This document shows positions 26,217-35,570 of a stretch of DNA of 43,969 bases, in pieces; positions within the stretch are counted from its first letter, which is position 1, and each line of letters starts with the position of its first letter. The stretch is from sequence record NC_073319.1, one strand, 5' to 3'. Position numbers and translations under genes: made by a program. The stretch comes from Escherichia phage SZH-1. Below the pieces are notes generated by a model. That model was not told the DNA's origin and did not search any database. It saw nothing but the letters and a program-made list of their open reading frames with translations.

Positions 26217-28526
26217 TTAGTACCCCGGCTGACCGCGAGTAGAGCGGCGAGCTTTAGAAATCGGTGAGTTGTTATCCTGTAACTGCGACGCTACTGTTTC
26301 ACTGATTATAATACGTAACCGCCCTTCGTCGTCACGTTCTGTTACGGCAGAATCAACGCGTCCGGTGGTGTTGTTGACGATTGTCACGTTATCACCGCCG
26401 GACTGGCCGCCGTTTTGCCCCATGATTTCTTTCATCTGCTGCGCGGTGCGCACACGCGATGCACCCGCGGGCATGATAACTTCTGGCTTACCACGTTCCG
26501 CTATAGTTGACATCTGACCCGCGGATAACTGACCGCCCTGTTCACGCGCCGAGCGGATTTTGGCGATATTAGCCAGCCCCGCAGCAACGGCGGTAGCCGC
26601 GGCAACCGGAGCCAGGAATGGGCCGACAACAGGGATAGCAGCCGTTGACTTATACGCCTCAATAGCCGATGTGTACGTGGCGATTGTGGCCTGAGCAATA
26701 GCGAACGCTTTATACGCGGTGGACGCCTCGCCAAATGCTGTTTTAGCGTTAGCCGCCATGTCACCGAAAGAACTACCTAAAGCATCCGCACGTTTCGTGG
26801 CGTACTGCTCGTTGATGGCGTTAAGCGCCGCCTGATACTGTTCCTCGTTAATCAGACCCTGTTCGCGGTATTTATCTGCTACAGCCAGTTTCTGCTGTTC
26901 CTGGATGTCGAGAAGCTCAAGCTCAGTAGCGTTCTGGCCCATAATCTGAGCCATGAAGTCGTCACCTTTCTGCTGCTTTTCCTGCTGCTCTTTTCTTTTC
27001 TTATCCAGTTCTTCCTGTCGGGCCTGCTCGGCTGTGAGCATAATTTGAGTTTTGGCGTTTTCGTACTGCTGCTGGTTTATTGTTCCAGCGCGGTTGAACT
27101 CCTCCAGTTTCGCTAGTTTCTGTTCTTCTGCCGCCGTGATTCGAGAAATTTCGTCTCCGGTTGTACGGTCAACCGTAGCGAGAAAATCTTCCGCGGCTTT
27201 CTTCTGGCGTTGTGCCGCTGTTTCTTCGCGTTTGGCTTGTGCCGCCAGACGTTTCTCGTTCGATTTAGCCTCGCGGTCTGCCTTCGCTTTTTCGGTAGCG
27301 TCGATGCGGGCGATGTCTTGCTGTGCTTCCGTGTCACGAGCGGCATTATACGCGGCGATCTGTTCTTTGGTGACGGCTTCACGTTTAGCGAACGCCTGCT
27401 TATCCAGTTCAGCTTGCGCCCGGATGCGCTCACGGTCGCTTAAGATAGCGATTTGCTGGTTTTTGACGATAGCTTCGTTCTGTTCCTGGAATCTCTGCGT
27501 GGTTGAGTTGACGTTACGACCGAGATTCTTTTGGGCCTCCGCCGCAGCGTTTGCCGACTTCTCCGCGTTCTCCAGTGCCGTTGCGTTCTTGTTGGCGTTG
27601 TCCGTCAGGCGGATAAGTTCCGGGTTCAACTGTTTTGTGTTACCGAGCCAGTCGGTAAACACATCGGCGATGCGACGGGCATTCTCGGCGGTTGGCTCTT
27701 TGTTAAACGCACTCTGCGCCGCTATCATCTCCAGCGCCTGGTCACGGTTAACTCCGAACTTACTGCTAAGCTCCGCTATATTCTGCGCCAGCATGTTGAC
27801 GCCTACGATGTTACCCTCGTAAGTGCCGCCAAGTTTTTCTAACGTGTCGCCTACATCCGCACCCTTAGAGACCAATGCATCGTACTGGCTAATAGCGGAT
27901 GCCGTGGAGGCTTTCCATGTCTCCCATGACTCGGCGTCCTCGCGGACAGCTTTAGCTGTTTGCTGCGCGATAAGGTCTGCGTTAGCCTTAGCCAGAGCAA
28001 GCTGAGTCTCCGCCGCTTCTCTGCTGATTTGGGTAAGCTGGATAAGGCCGTCTGTCAGTTCGAGGGAGCCAGATGCCGTTTGCTGGAAAGTATCCTTTAA
28101 CTGCTTCTGCGCAGCTTCGAGGTCTTTTGAACTGCCTTCTGCTTCGGTTAGTGATTTGTACAGGACACCACCAATTGCTGATGCTAGAGCGATTACCGCC
28201 CCGAGCACCGCACCACCAGGGCCGAAAGCGCCAGCAAGTTGGGAACCTTGCTGCCCTATCGCAACGAATGCAGACGTACCGGATTGCAACTGGACTACCA
28301 TGTCCTGCACCTGGAAACCAACCTGCCCAGCAGCGTTACGGAACTTAGCGAAACCGTCGGACGCTGCTTTAGAGGTGGCGGTGTTAACTTTATTAACATC
28401 CGGCGTTAGTTTGTTTACAGATGTGTCCGCCCGGTCTGCGGATGCCGCCATAGCGTCAAGCTGTTTGGCAGCGACGTCAGCCCCTTCAGTTTTTACTCTG
28501 GCGATTAGGGAAGCCGTATCAGCCAT
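26217..28526 (-). CDS. Tail tape measure protein
   Basis: Largest tail ORF, A/Q/E/K-rich coiled-coil character; ATG at 28526 placed just after the chaperone stop. Confidence 0.85.
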   Translation of the reverse strand: MADTASLIARVKTEGADVAAKQLDAMAASADRADTSVNKLTPDVNKVNTATSKAASDGFAKFRNAAGQVGFQVQDMVVQLQSGTSAFVAIGQQGSQLAGAFGPGGAVLGAVIALASAIGGVLYKSLTEAEGSSKDLEAAQKQLKDTFQQTASGSLELTDGLIQLTQISREAAETQLALAKANADLIAQQTAKAVREDAESWETWKASTASAISQYDALVSKGADVGDTLEKLGGTYEGNIVGVNMLAQNIAELSSKFGVNRDQALEMIAAQSAFNKEPTAENARRIADVFTDWLGNTKQLNPELIRLTDNANKNATALENAEKSANAAAEAQKNLGRNVNSTTQRFQEQNEAIVKNQQIAILSDRERIRAQAELDKQAFAKREAVTKEQIAAYNAARDTEAQQDIARIDATEKAKADREAKSNEKRLAAQAKREETAAQRQKKAAEDFLATVDRTTGDEISRITAAEEQKLAKLEEFNRAGTINQQQYENAKTQIMLTAEQARQEELDKKRKEQQEKQQKGDDFMAQIMGQNATELELLDIQEQQKLAVADKYREQGLINEEQYQAALNAINEQYATKRADALGSSFGDMAANAKTAFGEASTAYKAFAIAQATIATYTSAIEAYKSTAAIPVVGPFLAPVAAATAVAAGLANIAKIRSAREQGGQLSAGQMSTIAERGKPEVIMPAGASRVRTAQQMKEIMGQNGGQSGGDNVTIVNNTTGRVDSAVTERDDEGRLRIIISETVASQLQDNNSPISKARRSTRGQPGY

Positions 28527-28905
28527 CTTCTCTGCCCTCAAATATTCCGTCTAAGCCCATGATAACCTCGGCTTCGAACAAACTTATGCCGTAACCGGCG
28601 ACATCACGAAACGCTACCAAATCTTGCCATTTGAGCGCATCGCGCGGGATTATAACGATAGTATCATCTGTTTCGCGCTGTAGGAATTTAATGGCACGGT
28701 ATTTCTCGAACACGTCGATAAGAGAAACGGGGCATTCTGGCCCCGTCGCTTCTTTCATCTGCGGTTCTTTAATCACGCCCATTGCAATCAAAGCCGCCTG
28801 GTGCCCCGCCGCGATGTCGTCGAATTGCTTACGTTTCTGGCGGTCGACAAAGCACCATTGCGCAAATTCATACAGCGCTTTTACTTTTCCGAGAGTTTCT
28901 CGCGG
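28519..28905 (-). CDS. Tail assembly chaperone -1 frame extension (gpT-like part of a G-T fusion)
   Basis: Frame open without a start codon from 28905 to 28519, overlapping the last 25 nt of 28881..29297; slip site GGAAAAG next to the stop. Confidence 0.5.
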   Translation of the reverse strand, partial: PRETLGKVKALYEFAQWCFVDRQKRKQFDDIAAGHQAALIAMGVIKEPQMKEATGPECPVSLIDVFEKYRAIKFLQRETDDTIVIIPRDALKWQDLVAFRDVAGYGISLFEAEVIMGLDGIFEGREDG

Positions 28906-29297
28906 CTATCGGTGTGGTGCTTAACTACGGCTTCTGCCAACCCACTGTACTGGTCAAACAGGTTAGCCAGCGCCTCTTTGCTGAACGGTTCGTCGAATGA
29001 CCAACCGGTGACGATTTCCACGGCAAGCTGCTTGTTCAGGTCCATCACCCGCCAGCCCTTCTCATCATTATAACGCGCCCAGTTATTCAGTGCCTCACAC
29101 TCTTTATCTAATGGCGCAAGTTCTTCCGTAAGGCGTCGAATTGCCGTTGTGTAGGCGCGGCCCGCGCTAACCCCGACATCACAATCAGGACCAATGACCT
29201 GCAACCATTCTCCGGAGTCTTTACCACTCGGCAGAAGGATAGGCATTTTAGTACCGGCAGCGTGTCGGTCAGCAAAATAGAAATCAGAAAGTTTCAT
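28881..29297 (-). CDS. Tail assembly chaperone (gpG-like)
   Basis: Directly upstream of the tape measure gene; AAGGA RBS; carries the frameshift site. Confidence 0.6.
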   Translation of the reverse strand: MKLSDFYFADRHAAGTKMPILLPSGKDSGEWLQVIGPDCDVGVSAGRAYTTAIRRLTEELAPLDKECEALNNWARYNDEKGWRVMDLNKQLAVEIVTGWSFDEPFSKEALANLFDQYSGLAEAVVKHHTDSREKLSEK

Positions 29298-29404
29298 TCT
29301 TTAGTCCTTTGGTTAAGAGGTTACAGGTTAAGGTTGACGCGCCAGACGGGAACCACCCGCTTTTCGTGTGCGACACTAGGCGCAAACTTATTCTAGCACA
29401 CTAC

Positions 29405-29433
29405 TTGCACACCCCAATATAATAGGGTACTAT
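29405..29433 (+). promoter_or_regulatory. Promoter TTGCAC-N17-TACTAT with dyad AATAG-ggta-CTATT for the plus-strand island
   Basis: 27-nt core caccccaatataatagggtactattca identical to the copy at 38263. Confidence 0.5.
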
Positions 29434-29461
29434 TCACCTGTAACTTACTGAGGAAATAATT

Positions 29462-29788
29462 ATGCGTAAATTAGTGTTAGCTCTTGGTTTTATGTCTTTT
29501 GCTACTTTTGGGTCTCCGTGTGAACAGGTGTTTAGTGAATCCGTTCTTATGACTTCTGGTGTGCTTGATAGAGCCGACCCTACTATTGTAAAGGCATTTA
29601 AGGACTCTACAGTTCGCGAGTGTGAGGCCGCCGTGGAGGTTGGTAAATCGGGCCTACCCCCGCAGGCCGTAACCTACACAGTGATACGTTCGGTAGAGAA
29701 AAACGGAGATGCTTTCTATAGCCTACTGACAGCCACCCGTCTGCAAATGGTAATGACAGGGTGGGCGATAGGCGCAGAAAGTAAATAG
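29462..29788 (+). CDS. Secreted/periplasmic small protein (108 aa)
   Basis: Signal-peptide-like MRKLVLALGFMSFATFG; two Cys; GAGGAAA RBS. Confidence 0.55.
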   Translation: MRKLVLALGFMSFATFGSPCEQVFSESVLMTSGVLDRADPTIVKAFKDSTVRECEAAVEVGKSGLPPQAVTYTVIRSVEKNGDAFYSLLTATRLQMVMTGWAIGAESK

Positions 29789-29853
29789 TTGCCTTTATTT
29801 AAAGGAATCCACTGTGGTTAAATAGAACAAATCCTAAACACGAGGAAGTAAGC

Positions 29854-30984
29854 ATGGCCCAGAAGAAAATAACCGACGAACAGTTACAGGAAGAATTGAA
29901 CGCCGGGATGAAGAATGTAGACATCGCCCGTAAATACGGCATCTCAGACCGAGTTATTCGTATCCGTAAAGCGAAGCTGGCTAAGAAAGGTGTAGGCCAC
30001 GGGCGTGACGTTAGCCACCTTGTCCCAGACGGCTACAAGATTAAAGGGACGTCGTCTCTGGTAGACGAGTTCGGCAATACTAAGTTGCAATGGGTTAAGA
30101 CAGACACCGACGCTGAACGTCAGGTCGAGTTGATGAAAGCCGTGATTGAAGGCATGAAGTCAGAGATTACGCCAGTTGCGCCGGCTAAAGCGACTCGAGC
30201 CAAACGCGACGACAAGCTACTCAATCTTTACACGGTATCTGATTTCCATCTCGGTATGCTTGCCTGGGCCGACGAGAGCGGCGACGACTGGGATATAAAG
30301 ATTGCGGAAGACCTGTTCTCTCGTTGGTTCGACGCGGCGTTTCAGAAAGCACCGGATGCAGGAACAGGAGTTATTAACCTGCTGGGTGATTTCGCGCACT
30401 TCGATAGTCTGGATGCCGTTACACCTGAGTCGCGTCACGTGTTGGACGCAGACACTCGCTACCAGAAACTCGTCCGCTACATGATTCGTATGGTACGCCG
30501 TGTTGTAGATATGGCACTGGTTAAACATAAAAATGTTCGCTTGCTTATCGTACAGGGGAACCATGACCCTGTAGGCTCTGTATGGCTGGCTGAAATGTTC
30601 ACAGTTTTATATTCGAACGACAGCCGAGTGATTGTCGATACGTCGCCGGATGTTTACAAGATGGTGCAACACGGAAAAACGACGTTGTTCTTTCACCACG
30701 GGCATAAGGCGCGATTCGATGCTATCGAACCGGTTATGATTGCCAAATTCCGCAAAGCGTTCGGCGAGAGTGTTTACAGCTACGCCCACGTCGGCCACCT
30801 GCACCACCAGAAGATTGTAGAAAGCCGTAACATGATTGTTGAGCAACACCGCACCTTAGCGGCTAAAGACGCCTACGCCTCCCGCGGCGGATGGATGTCG
30901 GGCCGTAGTGCAAACGTAATTACTTATAGCGCCGAATATGGCGAGGTCGCGCGTTTAACTATTTCACCGGAGATGTTGGGATGA
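29854..30984 (+). CDS. HTH-fused calcineurin-like metallophosphoesterase
   Basis: N-terminal HTH NVDIARKYGISDRVIRIRKAKL; all five metallophosphoesterase motifs: SDFHLG, LLGDFAHFD, VQGNHD, FFHHGH, HVGHLHH. Confidence 0.75.
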   Translation: MAQKKITDEQLQEELNAGMKNVDIARKYGISDRVIRIRKAKLAKKGVGHGRDVSHLVPDGYKIKGTSSLVDEFGNTKLQWVKTDTDAERQVELMKAVIEGMKSEITPVAPAKATRAKRDDKLLNLYTVSDFHLGMLAWADESGDDWDIKIAEDLFSRWFDAAFQKAPDAGTGVINLLGDFAHFDSLDAVTPESRHVLDADTRYQKLVRYMIRMVRRVVDMALVKHKNVRLLIVQGNHDPVGSVWLAEMFTVLYSNDSRVIVDTSPDVYKMVQHGKTTLFFHHGHKARFDAIEPVMIAKFRKAFGESVYSYAHVGHLHHQKIVESRNMIVEQHRTLAAKDAYASRGGWMSGRSANVITYSAEYGEVARLTISPEMLG

Positions 30985-31211
30985 CTTCAAAATACAACCG
31001 CACAATGACAAACACCCACGGCAGCACTATGACTGTAGACGTTTACGATGTGCTGCGCGCCTTCGACATCCGCGACCCGGCGCTACAGCACGCATTGAAG
31101 AAGCTACTGTGTATGGGCCTTCGCGGACACAAGGATACCGGGACAGACTTAGCGGAAGCAATTGAAAGTCTGGAGAAGTTACAGGAGTACAGGAGTAACA
31201 TTGATGAGTAA
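30981..31211 (+). CDS. Hypothetical protein (76 aa)
   Basis: ATGA overlap with the phosphoesterase gene. Confidence 0.5.
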   Translation: MTSKYNRTMTNTHGSTMTVDVYDVLRAFDIRDPALQHALKKLLCMGLRGHKDTGTDLAEAIESLEKLQEYRSNIDE

Positions 31212-31380
31212 GACCGTAATGAAAACAATATACGTAATCCGTGTATATGACGAAGAATGGGATGAGTGGGTCGATATTTACGCCGTGGGTAGCAAGGAAG
31301 AGGCCTCGAAAGAGATGACAGAACGGAGTGACCGAGGTCAGTTAACTAACTTCTATGAAATGCCGTTCAAAAGTGAGTGA
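31204..31380 (+). CDS. Hypothetical acidic protein (58 aa)
   Basis: Internal ATG overlapping the upstream stop by 8 nt; followed by a terminator. Confidence 0.45.
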   Translation: MSKTVMKTIYVIRVYDEEWDEWVDIYAVGSKEEASKEMTERSDRGQLTNFYEMPFKSE

Positions 31381-31384
31381 GAAA

Positions 31385-31411
31385 AAGGCCCCGAAAGGGG
31401 CCTTAGTTTTA
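31385..31411. terminator. Bidirectional terminator between the plus-strand island and the major tail gene
   Basis: AAGGCCCC-gaaa-GGGGCCTT with T-tracts on both strands. Confidence 0.65.
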
Positions 31412-32581
31412 TGCGTAGGTGATACGCTGGATAATAATGGACGACTGGTACTGGTTGCCGGTTGCCTGGCCTTCAATGGACTGAGTGATTGACTCAGGTC
31501 CTCCAATCTCAGGTGTGACCGCCGTAAGTTCTGCGCGTTTCAGACTGAAAGACATAGCACCGTTTACTCCCGCCAGAATAGAGTTAATCTCTACCTGCTG
31601 TTCATTGATAAACTTCTGAATCATCGCCATGTCGTACAGCTTGCCGGAGATGGAGAAGGTGTTAGCCGCGCGACCGCGTTCCACGAACGCAACGCTACTG
31701 TTGCCAAGTTCGAACTGCGCAGAAGCACCGTTGTCGTTGGTGATGGTCAGAGTATCGCAACGCAACGGCGTTGAGCCATCGAACACAGAAACATCAACCG
31801 AAGAGAACGGCTCGTCGCCAAACGTAACAGATGAGAAGTTGGAACCGGTCGGCGGCGTAGTGAGAATCTCCTGACTGCGGCCGATGAATGGGAAGCTGCC
31901 AGTTACCATCGCGTTAACAGCCTGTTCGATGGTAAAACCAGAAACTTCCACGCCTTTGGTTAACGTGTACGCGTCAGTACCGCCGCACTGGCCTTTGTAC
32001 CAGGTAAGGATAGAGAACGTCTTACACGTGTTACCGGTTTCCAGCGTGTCGCCGGTTTTAGCCTTACTAGTTTTTGTCTCGGTGGTCAGGGTGTGTTGGA
32101 TGCCCGCACCAGTAACAACCGTAGCCGTTACTGCAGTAACAATAAATGGTTTTGCGTTATCGCCTGTTAAATCGGTAAATGCAATCAGGTCGCCTACCCC
32201 AACTCCGTCAGCGATAAAACTGCCGGTGGCGCGTGTGAACGTCTTGCCCGCGGGTGCGACGGTAATCGACAGACTGGACAGGGAAACACCGGATTGCCAC
32301 GTAGAGCCTAAAGCACCAGCTAGCCAGTCATCCTGGCTTTTCGAGCTAAGCTCGATCGCGTATTCACCGCTAACCTGTTTGTTACCGGTGCGGATGGATG
32401 TAGTTTCACGGCTGCCGTCCAGTTCGTTGGAAGTCAGCGCATCGCGGGTTACGGCAGGAACGCCACCAGTGTTACGCAACGGAGACCAGACCGGGTTACT
32501 TGGTGTTACGCCCGGGGTCACTTCTGCCACATAGAATTGCGCGGTATTCGCGCCCTTAAAAGGAGTTGTAGCCATATTCAC
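31409..32581 (-). CDS. Major tail protein
   Basis: 390-aa T/S/G-rich protein between tail completion genes and the chaperone genes. Confidence 0.65.
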   Translation of the reverse strand: MNMATTPFKGANTAQFYVAEVTPGVTPSNPVWSPLRNTGGVPAVTRDALTSNELDGSRETTSIRTGNKQVSGEYAIELSSKSQDDWLAGALGSTWQSGVSLSSLSITVAPAGKTFTRATGSFIADGVGVGDLIAFTDLTGDNAKPFIVTAVTATVVTGAGIQHTLTTETKTSKAKTGDTLETGNTCKTFSILTWYKGQCGGTDAYTLTKGVEVSGFTIEQAVNAMVTGSFPFIGRSQEILTTPPTGSNFSSVTFGDEPFSSVDVSVFDGSTPLRCDTLTITNDNGASAQFELGNSSVAFVERGRAANTFSISGKLYDMAMIQKFINEQQVEINSILAGVNGAMSFSLKRAELTAVTPEIGGPESITQSIEGQATGNQYQSSIIIQRITYA

Positions 32582-32994
32582 AGCCTCTTGGTGAATGCAA
32601 TAAAGTTAATTGACAATGGTCGTTTGGCCCATCCGTTTTCTACAATCAGCGGCCCCAGGCTAACCGATTGAACCTCGGCGCAGATGTCGTTACGTGAAAA
32701 TGACTTACCTGCTTTAAACGCTGTGTTAAGTAAGTCTGCCATTTTATTGATTGGCGCGCTACCTTTCACCGATGCGTAGTTAATGTCTACCTGATAAACA
32801 CCGGCGCGTTGCTCGGTGAAGAACAAATCGGCCTGTTCCGTATCGGCAAGTAACATGTAACTCGCCAGATAGGGCGTATCGGTTGACGTCGGTGCGTCGA
32901 TGTTTTCAAGCGCGACATTGATGCCGTTGGCAGTTCCGAAGGCTACCAGCGGCACGTCAAACGCTTTTGTTAAGTCCTCAAAGTAGCCCATCAT
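32578..32994 (-). CDS. Tail terminator / tail completion protein (by position)
   Basis: ATGA-coupled, directly upstream of the major tail gene. Confidence 0.45.
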   Translation of the reverse strand: MMGYFEDLTKAFDVPLVAFGTANGINVALENIDAPTSTDTPYLASYMLLADTEQADLFFTEQRAGVYQVDINYASVKGSAPINKMADLLNTAFKAGKSFSRNDICAEVQSVSLGPLIVENGWAKRPLSINFIAFTKRL

Positions 32995-33386
32995 TTCACC
33001 TTGTTGGCTTCTTCATTAATGAGTTGCTGGAAACGCGATATGTTAGTCCTTACCATGCCTTGCGGGGCCTGTTGTGACCAGCCATACTCCAGCCGCTGTA
33101 TATACGGCAGGTTATTGGTAAGTGTGAATTCGCGCCAGTCTGTAGCGGTGTTTATAACCGCAGTAACGCGCTGGATAGTAGCCGTTCCTTGTGGTGCGCC
33201 GTAGGTAGTAGTTTCCGGTGACGGAGTACCGCCCGACGCGAACCAGTTATTTCTCGCACGACCGGTATCAACTGGCGTCGCCTTTATAATAGCGGAAAAC
33301 AGCTTAATAGACACCTGACGCATCACCTTCTCAGGGTTCTTCTTCGCCTTTTCCACGAACTTAGAGACATCAAGCGCGAAACTCAT
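32991..33386 (-). CDS. HK97 gp10-like head-tail joining protein
   Basis: VDTGRARNNW matches the DTGRLRNSW signature of the HK97 gp10 family. Confidence 0.6.
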   Translation of the reverse strand: MSFALDVSKFVEKAKKNPEKVMRQVSIKLFSAIIKATPVDTGRARNNWFASGGTPSPETTTYGAPQGTATIQRVTAVINTATDWREFTLTNNLPYIQRLEYGWSQQAPQGMVRTNISRFQQLINEEANKVK

Positions 33387-33742
33387 TTTCTCACCTGAAT
33401 AAAGTAGGCTACGGCATCATCATTAACCATCTTCTTCTCGATAGCTACGACAGACCATTGCTCGCCGCCGAATTGCACCTTGTCTTCCATCTTCGGAACG
33501 ACGCTGTAATCGGCTTTAACAATCATGTCGCCAGCCTGAATCGTCGTACCGTTTACCAGTCCCGCGTTTACCGGAACCGGAACGGCCTTCAACGGTAGCA
33601 CTTCATTCGCGGACCAGACGTACTCGCCGAGGGCTTCATCCCACACTTTCGAGCCAGCGCGAATCAGAGATACTGTGCTGCCGAATTTGGCTAGCAGGCG
33701 CGTACCCACGACTTGCATACGTTTACTGAAAGCGGTGCTCAT
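33383..33742 (-). CDS. Head-tail adaptor / head closure protein (by position)
   Basis: 119-aa ORF in ATGA overlap within the connector block. Confidence 0.45.
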   Translation of the reverse strand: MSTAFSKRMQVVGTRLLAKFGSTVSLIRAGSKVWDEALGEYVWSANEVLPLKAVPVPVNAGLVNGTTIQAGDMIVKADYSVVPKMEDKVQFGGEQWSVVAIEKKMVNDDAVAYFIQVRK

Positions 33743-33851
33743 TTGACGCCTCTCTTGGTCGAAAGAATGTTGGCTAATTCCTTACTTGCGTCAGACAACC
33801 GCTTCTTATGACCATAACTACGTTTTATTACGGTGCGTTTTTTACACCCCA

Positions 33852-34466
33852 TTACGCGGCCTCCAGTCTCGAAATAACCAGTAGCGCGGACGGTGCTGTG
33901 CCCCATGCGGTTACGGTAGCCGATTGTGGGTATACGCCGCCGAAGTTGCTTCCAGCGCTATCTCGCATAATCTGAACGGCAAATGTCTGGCCTGCAGTCG
34001 GGTTAATAACGACGCGAGACTCAATCGGGATTGTAGTATCCGCGCTTACCAGTTTAGTAGCTGCGGGCGAGCCGTACTGAGCGCCGTTCAGAAGAAGGCG
34101 TGATAACAGGATAGACGTTCCGCTAGCCCCCGTGCGCCCAGCCTGTAACTTGATGCGAACGGCATAGTTACCCGCGGTGTTGAACGTAACCAGCCCCGCG
34201 GCATTAATCATTACAGGGTCGGATGCGCTACCCTGTGCAGCTCCAAAAGTTAACTGCAACGCCGTGTTCGTTGCGGTGGGCACTTGTATCACGGTCGACG
34301 CTGCGCGGAGAACTTCAACCTCTTTAACACCGGGAGTGGCGTAAATAGGTGAGTCCGCCATCTGCGTCATTACCTCGCGTAGCTTCGCGGGTGTGATGGC
34401 ACCGTTGGTGTTATCGGGGAGATTCGCGCCGATGAGGGTGAACATCTCTGATTTAGTCTTCGCCAT
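33852..34466 (-). CDS. Hypothetical structural protein (204 aa)
   Basis: A/T/G-rich protein in the connector region; function unassigned. Confidence 0.45.
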   Translation of the reverse strand: MAKTKSEMFTLIGANLPDNTNGAITPAKLREVMTQMADSPIYATPGVKEVEVLRAASTVIQVPTATNTALQLTFGAAQGSASDPVMINAAGLVTFNTAGNYAVRIKLQAGRTGASGTSILLSRLLLNGAQYGSPAATKLVSADTTIPIESRVVINPTAGQTFAVQIMRDSAGSNFGGVYPQSATVTAWGTAPSALLVISRLEAA

Positions 34467-34468
34467 TT

Positions 34469-34981
34469 TTAACCCCGGTACACATTAAATGAGAAGCCAT
34501 TGTTAAGACCACCACACAGTAACGGGCGTAAGGCGTCGTCCGCAGCGGTAATCGCGGTTGTAGCGCCACTGCTGCCGTTGTTGAAGTATGTCACTGTTAC
34601 TGCGCCCTCAACACGCTCAGTCTGCACGGAACGCCCGTCAGAGTTGGCCCGCACTTCCGTGCCCGCGCCATATGTGGCGGAGGCGATTACCTGCGCAAGA
34701 ATTACCTGTTTCGGGATAACATTATCCGCTACCGGGAATCCGTTTAACGTTACCCCGGTGCGAGGATATGCCAGAGACTGTTCGGCGGATACACGACGAC
34801 CACACATCTGCGGTTCCGCAAGCCCGACATAAGTTGCGCCGTTGCGCAAGGCGACTTCGGCGGCGGTACCATCCGCAGGTAGCTCAAGGCCATAATTAGC
34901 CGCTAACGCGCGGGCGTCAGCCAGACTAACGTAACTGTCGGCATTCGGGACGATTGCCCCCGTTTCCACGATTAGCGGCAT
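34469..34981 (-). CDS. Head-tail connector protein (gp6-like)
   Basis: N-terminal SYVSLADARALAANYGLELPADG resembles the gp6-like connector family pattern. Confidence 0.5.
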   Translation of the reverse strand: MPLIVETGAIVPNADSYVSLADARALAANYGLELPADGTAAEVALRNGATYVGLAEPQMCGRRVSAEQSLAYPRTGVTLNGFPVADNVIPKQVILAQVIASATYGAGTEVRANSDGRSVQTERVEGAVTVTYFNNGSSGATTAITAADDALRPLLCGGLNNGFSFNVYRG

Positions 34982-34984
34982 AAA

Positions 34985-35164
34985 TTATTCCTCTGACTTA
35001 CGGCGACGTCGCTTAGTACCACCGCCGTTGTTGTGCGCTTCTTCGTTGTCCAGTTGAGTCGCAACCAGTTCATCCGCTTCTACCACACCGCGAACAGGCA
35101 TTACCTGACCGTCAACAATATCAACGTGGGTGTACTTTTCGCGGATTACATAATTATCTGCCAT
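34985..35164 (-). CDS. Hand-called small ORF (59 aa)
   Basis: MADNYVIREKYTHVDIVDGQ...; preceded by AAGGAAAGG RBS. Confidence 0.4.
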   Translation of the reverse strand: MADNYVIREKYTHVDIVDGQVMPVRGVVEADELVATQLDNEEAHNNGGGTKRRRRKSEE

Positions 35165-35178
35165 GACCTTTCCTTATT

Positions 35179-35196
35179 ACGGCCCCGAAGGGCCGT
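35179..35196 (-). promoter_or_regulatory. RNA hairpin with UUCG loop between decoration gene and next gene
   Basis: Minus-strand ACGGCCC-uucg-GGGCCGU, immediately 5' of the RBS of 35164. Confidence 0.4.
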
Positions 35197-35200
35197 TGTA

Positions 35201-35545
35201 TTAAGACACAGTTGCTACAGTGCTGCTGGAGATAATATTACCATATACGTCGTGAACAACCACTTTATACGTACCGGAGTCGGTAGTAGCAACAGTAGTG
35301 GCCTTGGTGTACGTAGCCTCGGTAGCGCCTGCGATGGCGTTGTTATTCTTATACCACTGGTAGGAATAAGGGGCCAGACCACCAGTTACCGCAACAGTGA
35401 GAGTCAATGCGGCGGGTGCGGTAACCTCGGTAGTAGCGTTAAGTGGGGTAGAAAAAGACGCAGGAGAAATAGTCGCCATGTCAATCTTAGCACCTGGGGC
35501 GTCAGCGGAGACGCCGGTGATGCGCCGCTTCAATACGTCTGCCAT
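35201..35545 (-). CDS. Ig-like domain head decoration protein
   Basis: YSYQWYKNNNAIAGATEATYT...DSGTYKVVV is an Ig-like signature; immediately after the capsid gene. Confidence 0.6.
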   Translation of the reverse strand: MADVLKRRITGVSADAPGAKIDMATISPASFSTPLNATTEVTAPAALTLTVAVTGGLAPYSYQWYKNNNAIAGATEATYTKATTVATTDSGTYKVVVHDVYGNIISSSTVATVS

Positions 35546-35570
35546 ATAGGAATCCTCTTAGTAAATGAAA

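Noticed and set aside
27052-27822. 256-aa plus-strand ORF antisense to the tape measure gene, and similar long antisense ORFs at 31884..32534, 35565..36236, 36264..37262 and 42495..43259
   Set aside because: Low-complexity S/A/R/C-rich translations with no RBS context, lying wholly inside well-supported genes on the other strand; typical shadow ORFs.
29411-29433. Reading the 27-nt repeat as a TATAAT-centred promoter (caaTATAATagg)
   Set aside because: No plausible -35 lies 16-18 nt upstream in either copy, whereas TTGCAC/TTGCGC-N17-TACTAT fits both copies and three further sites.
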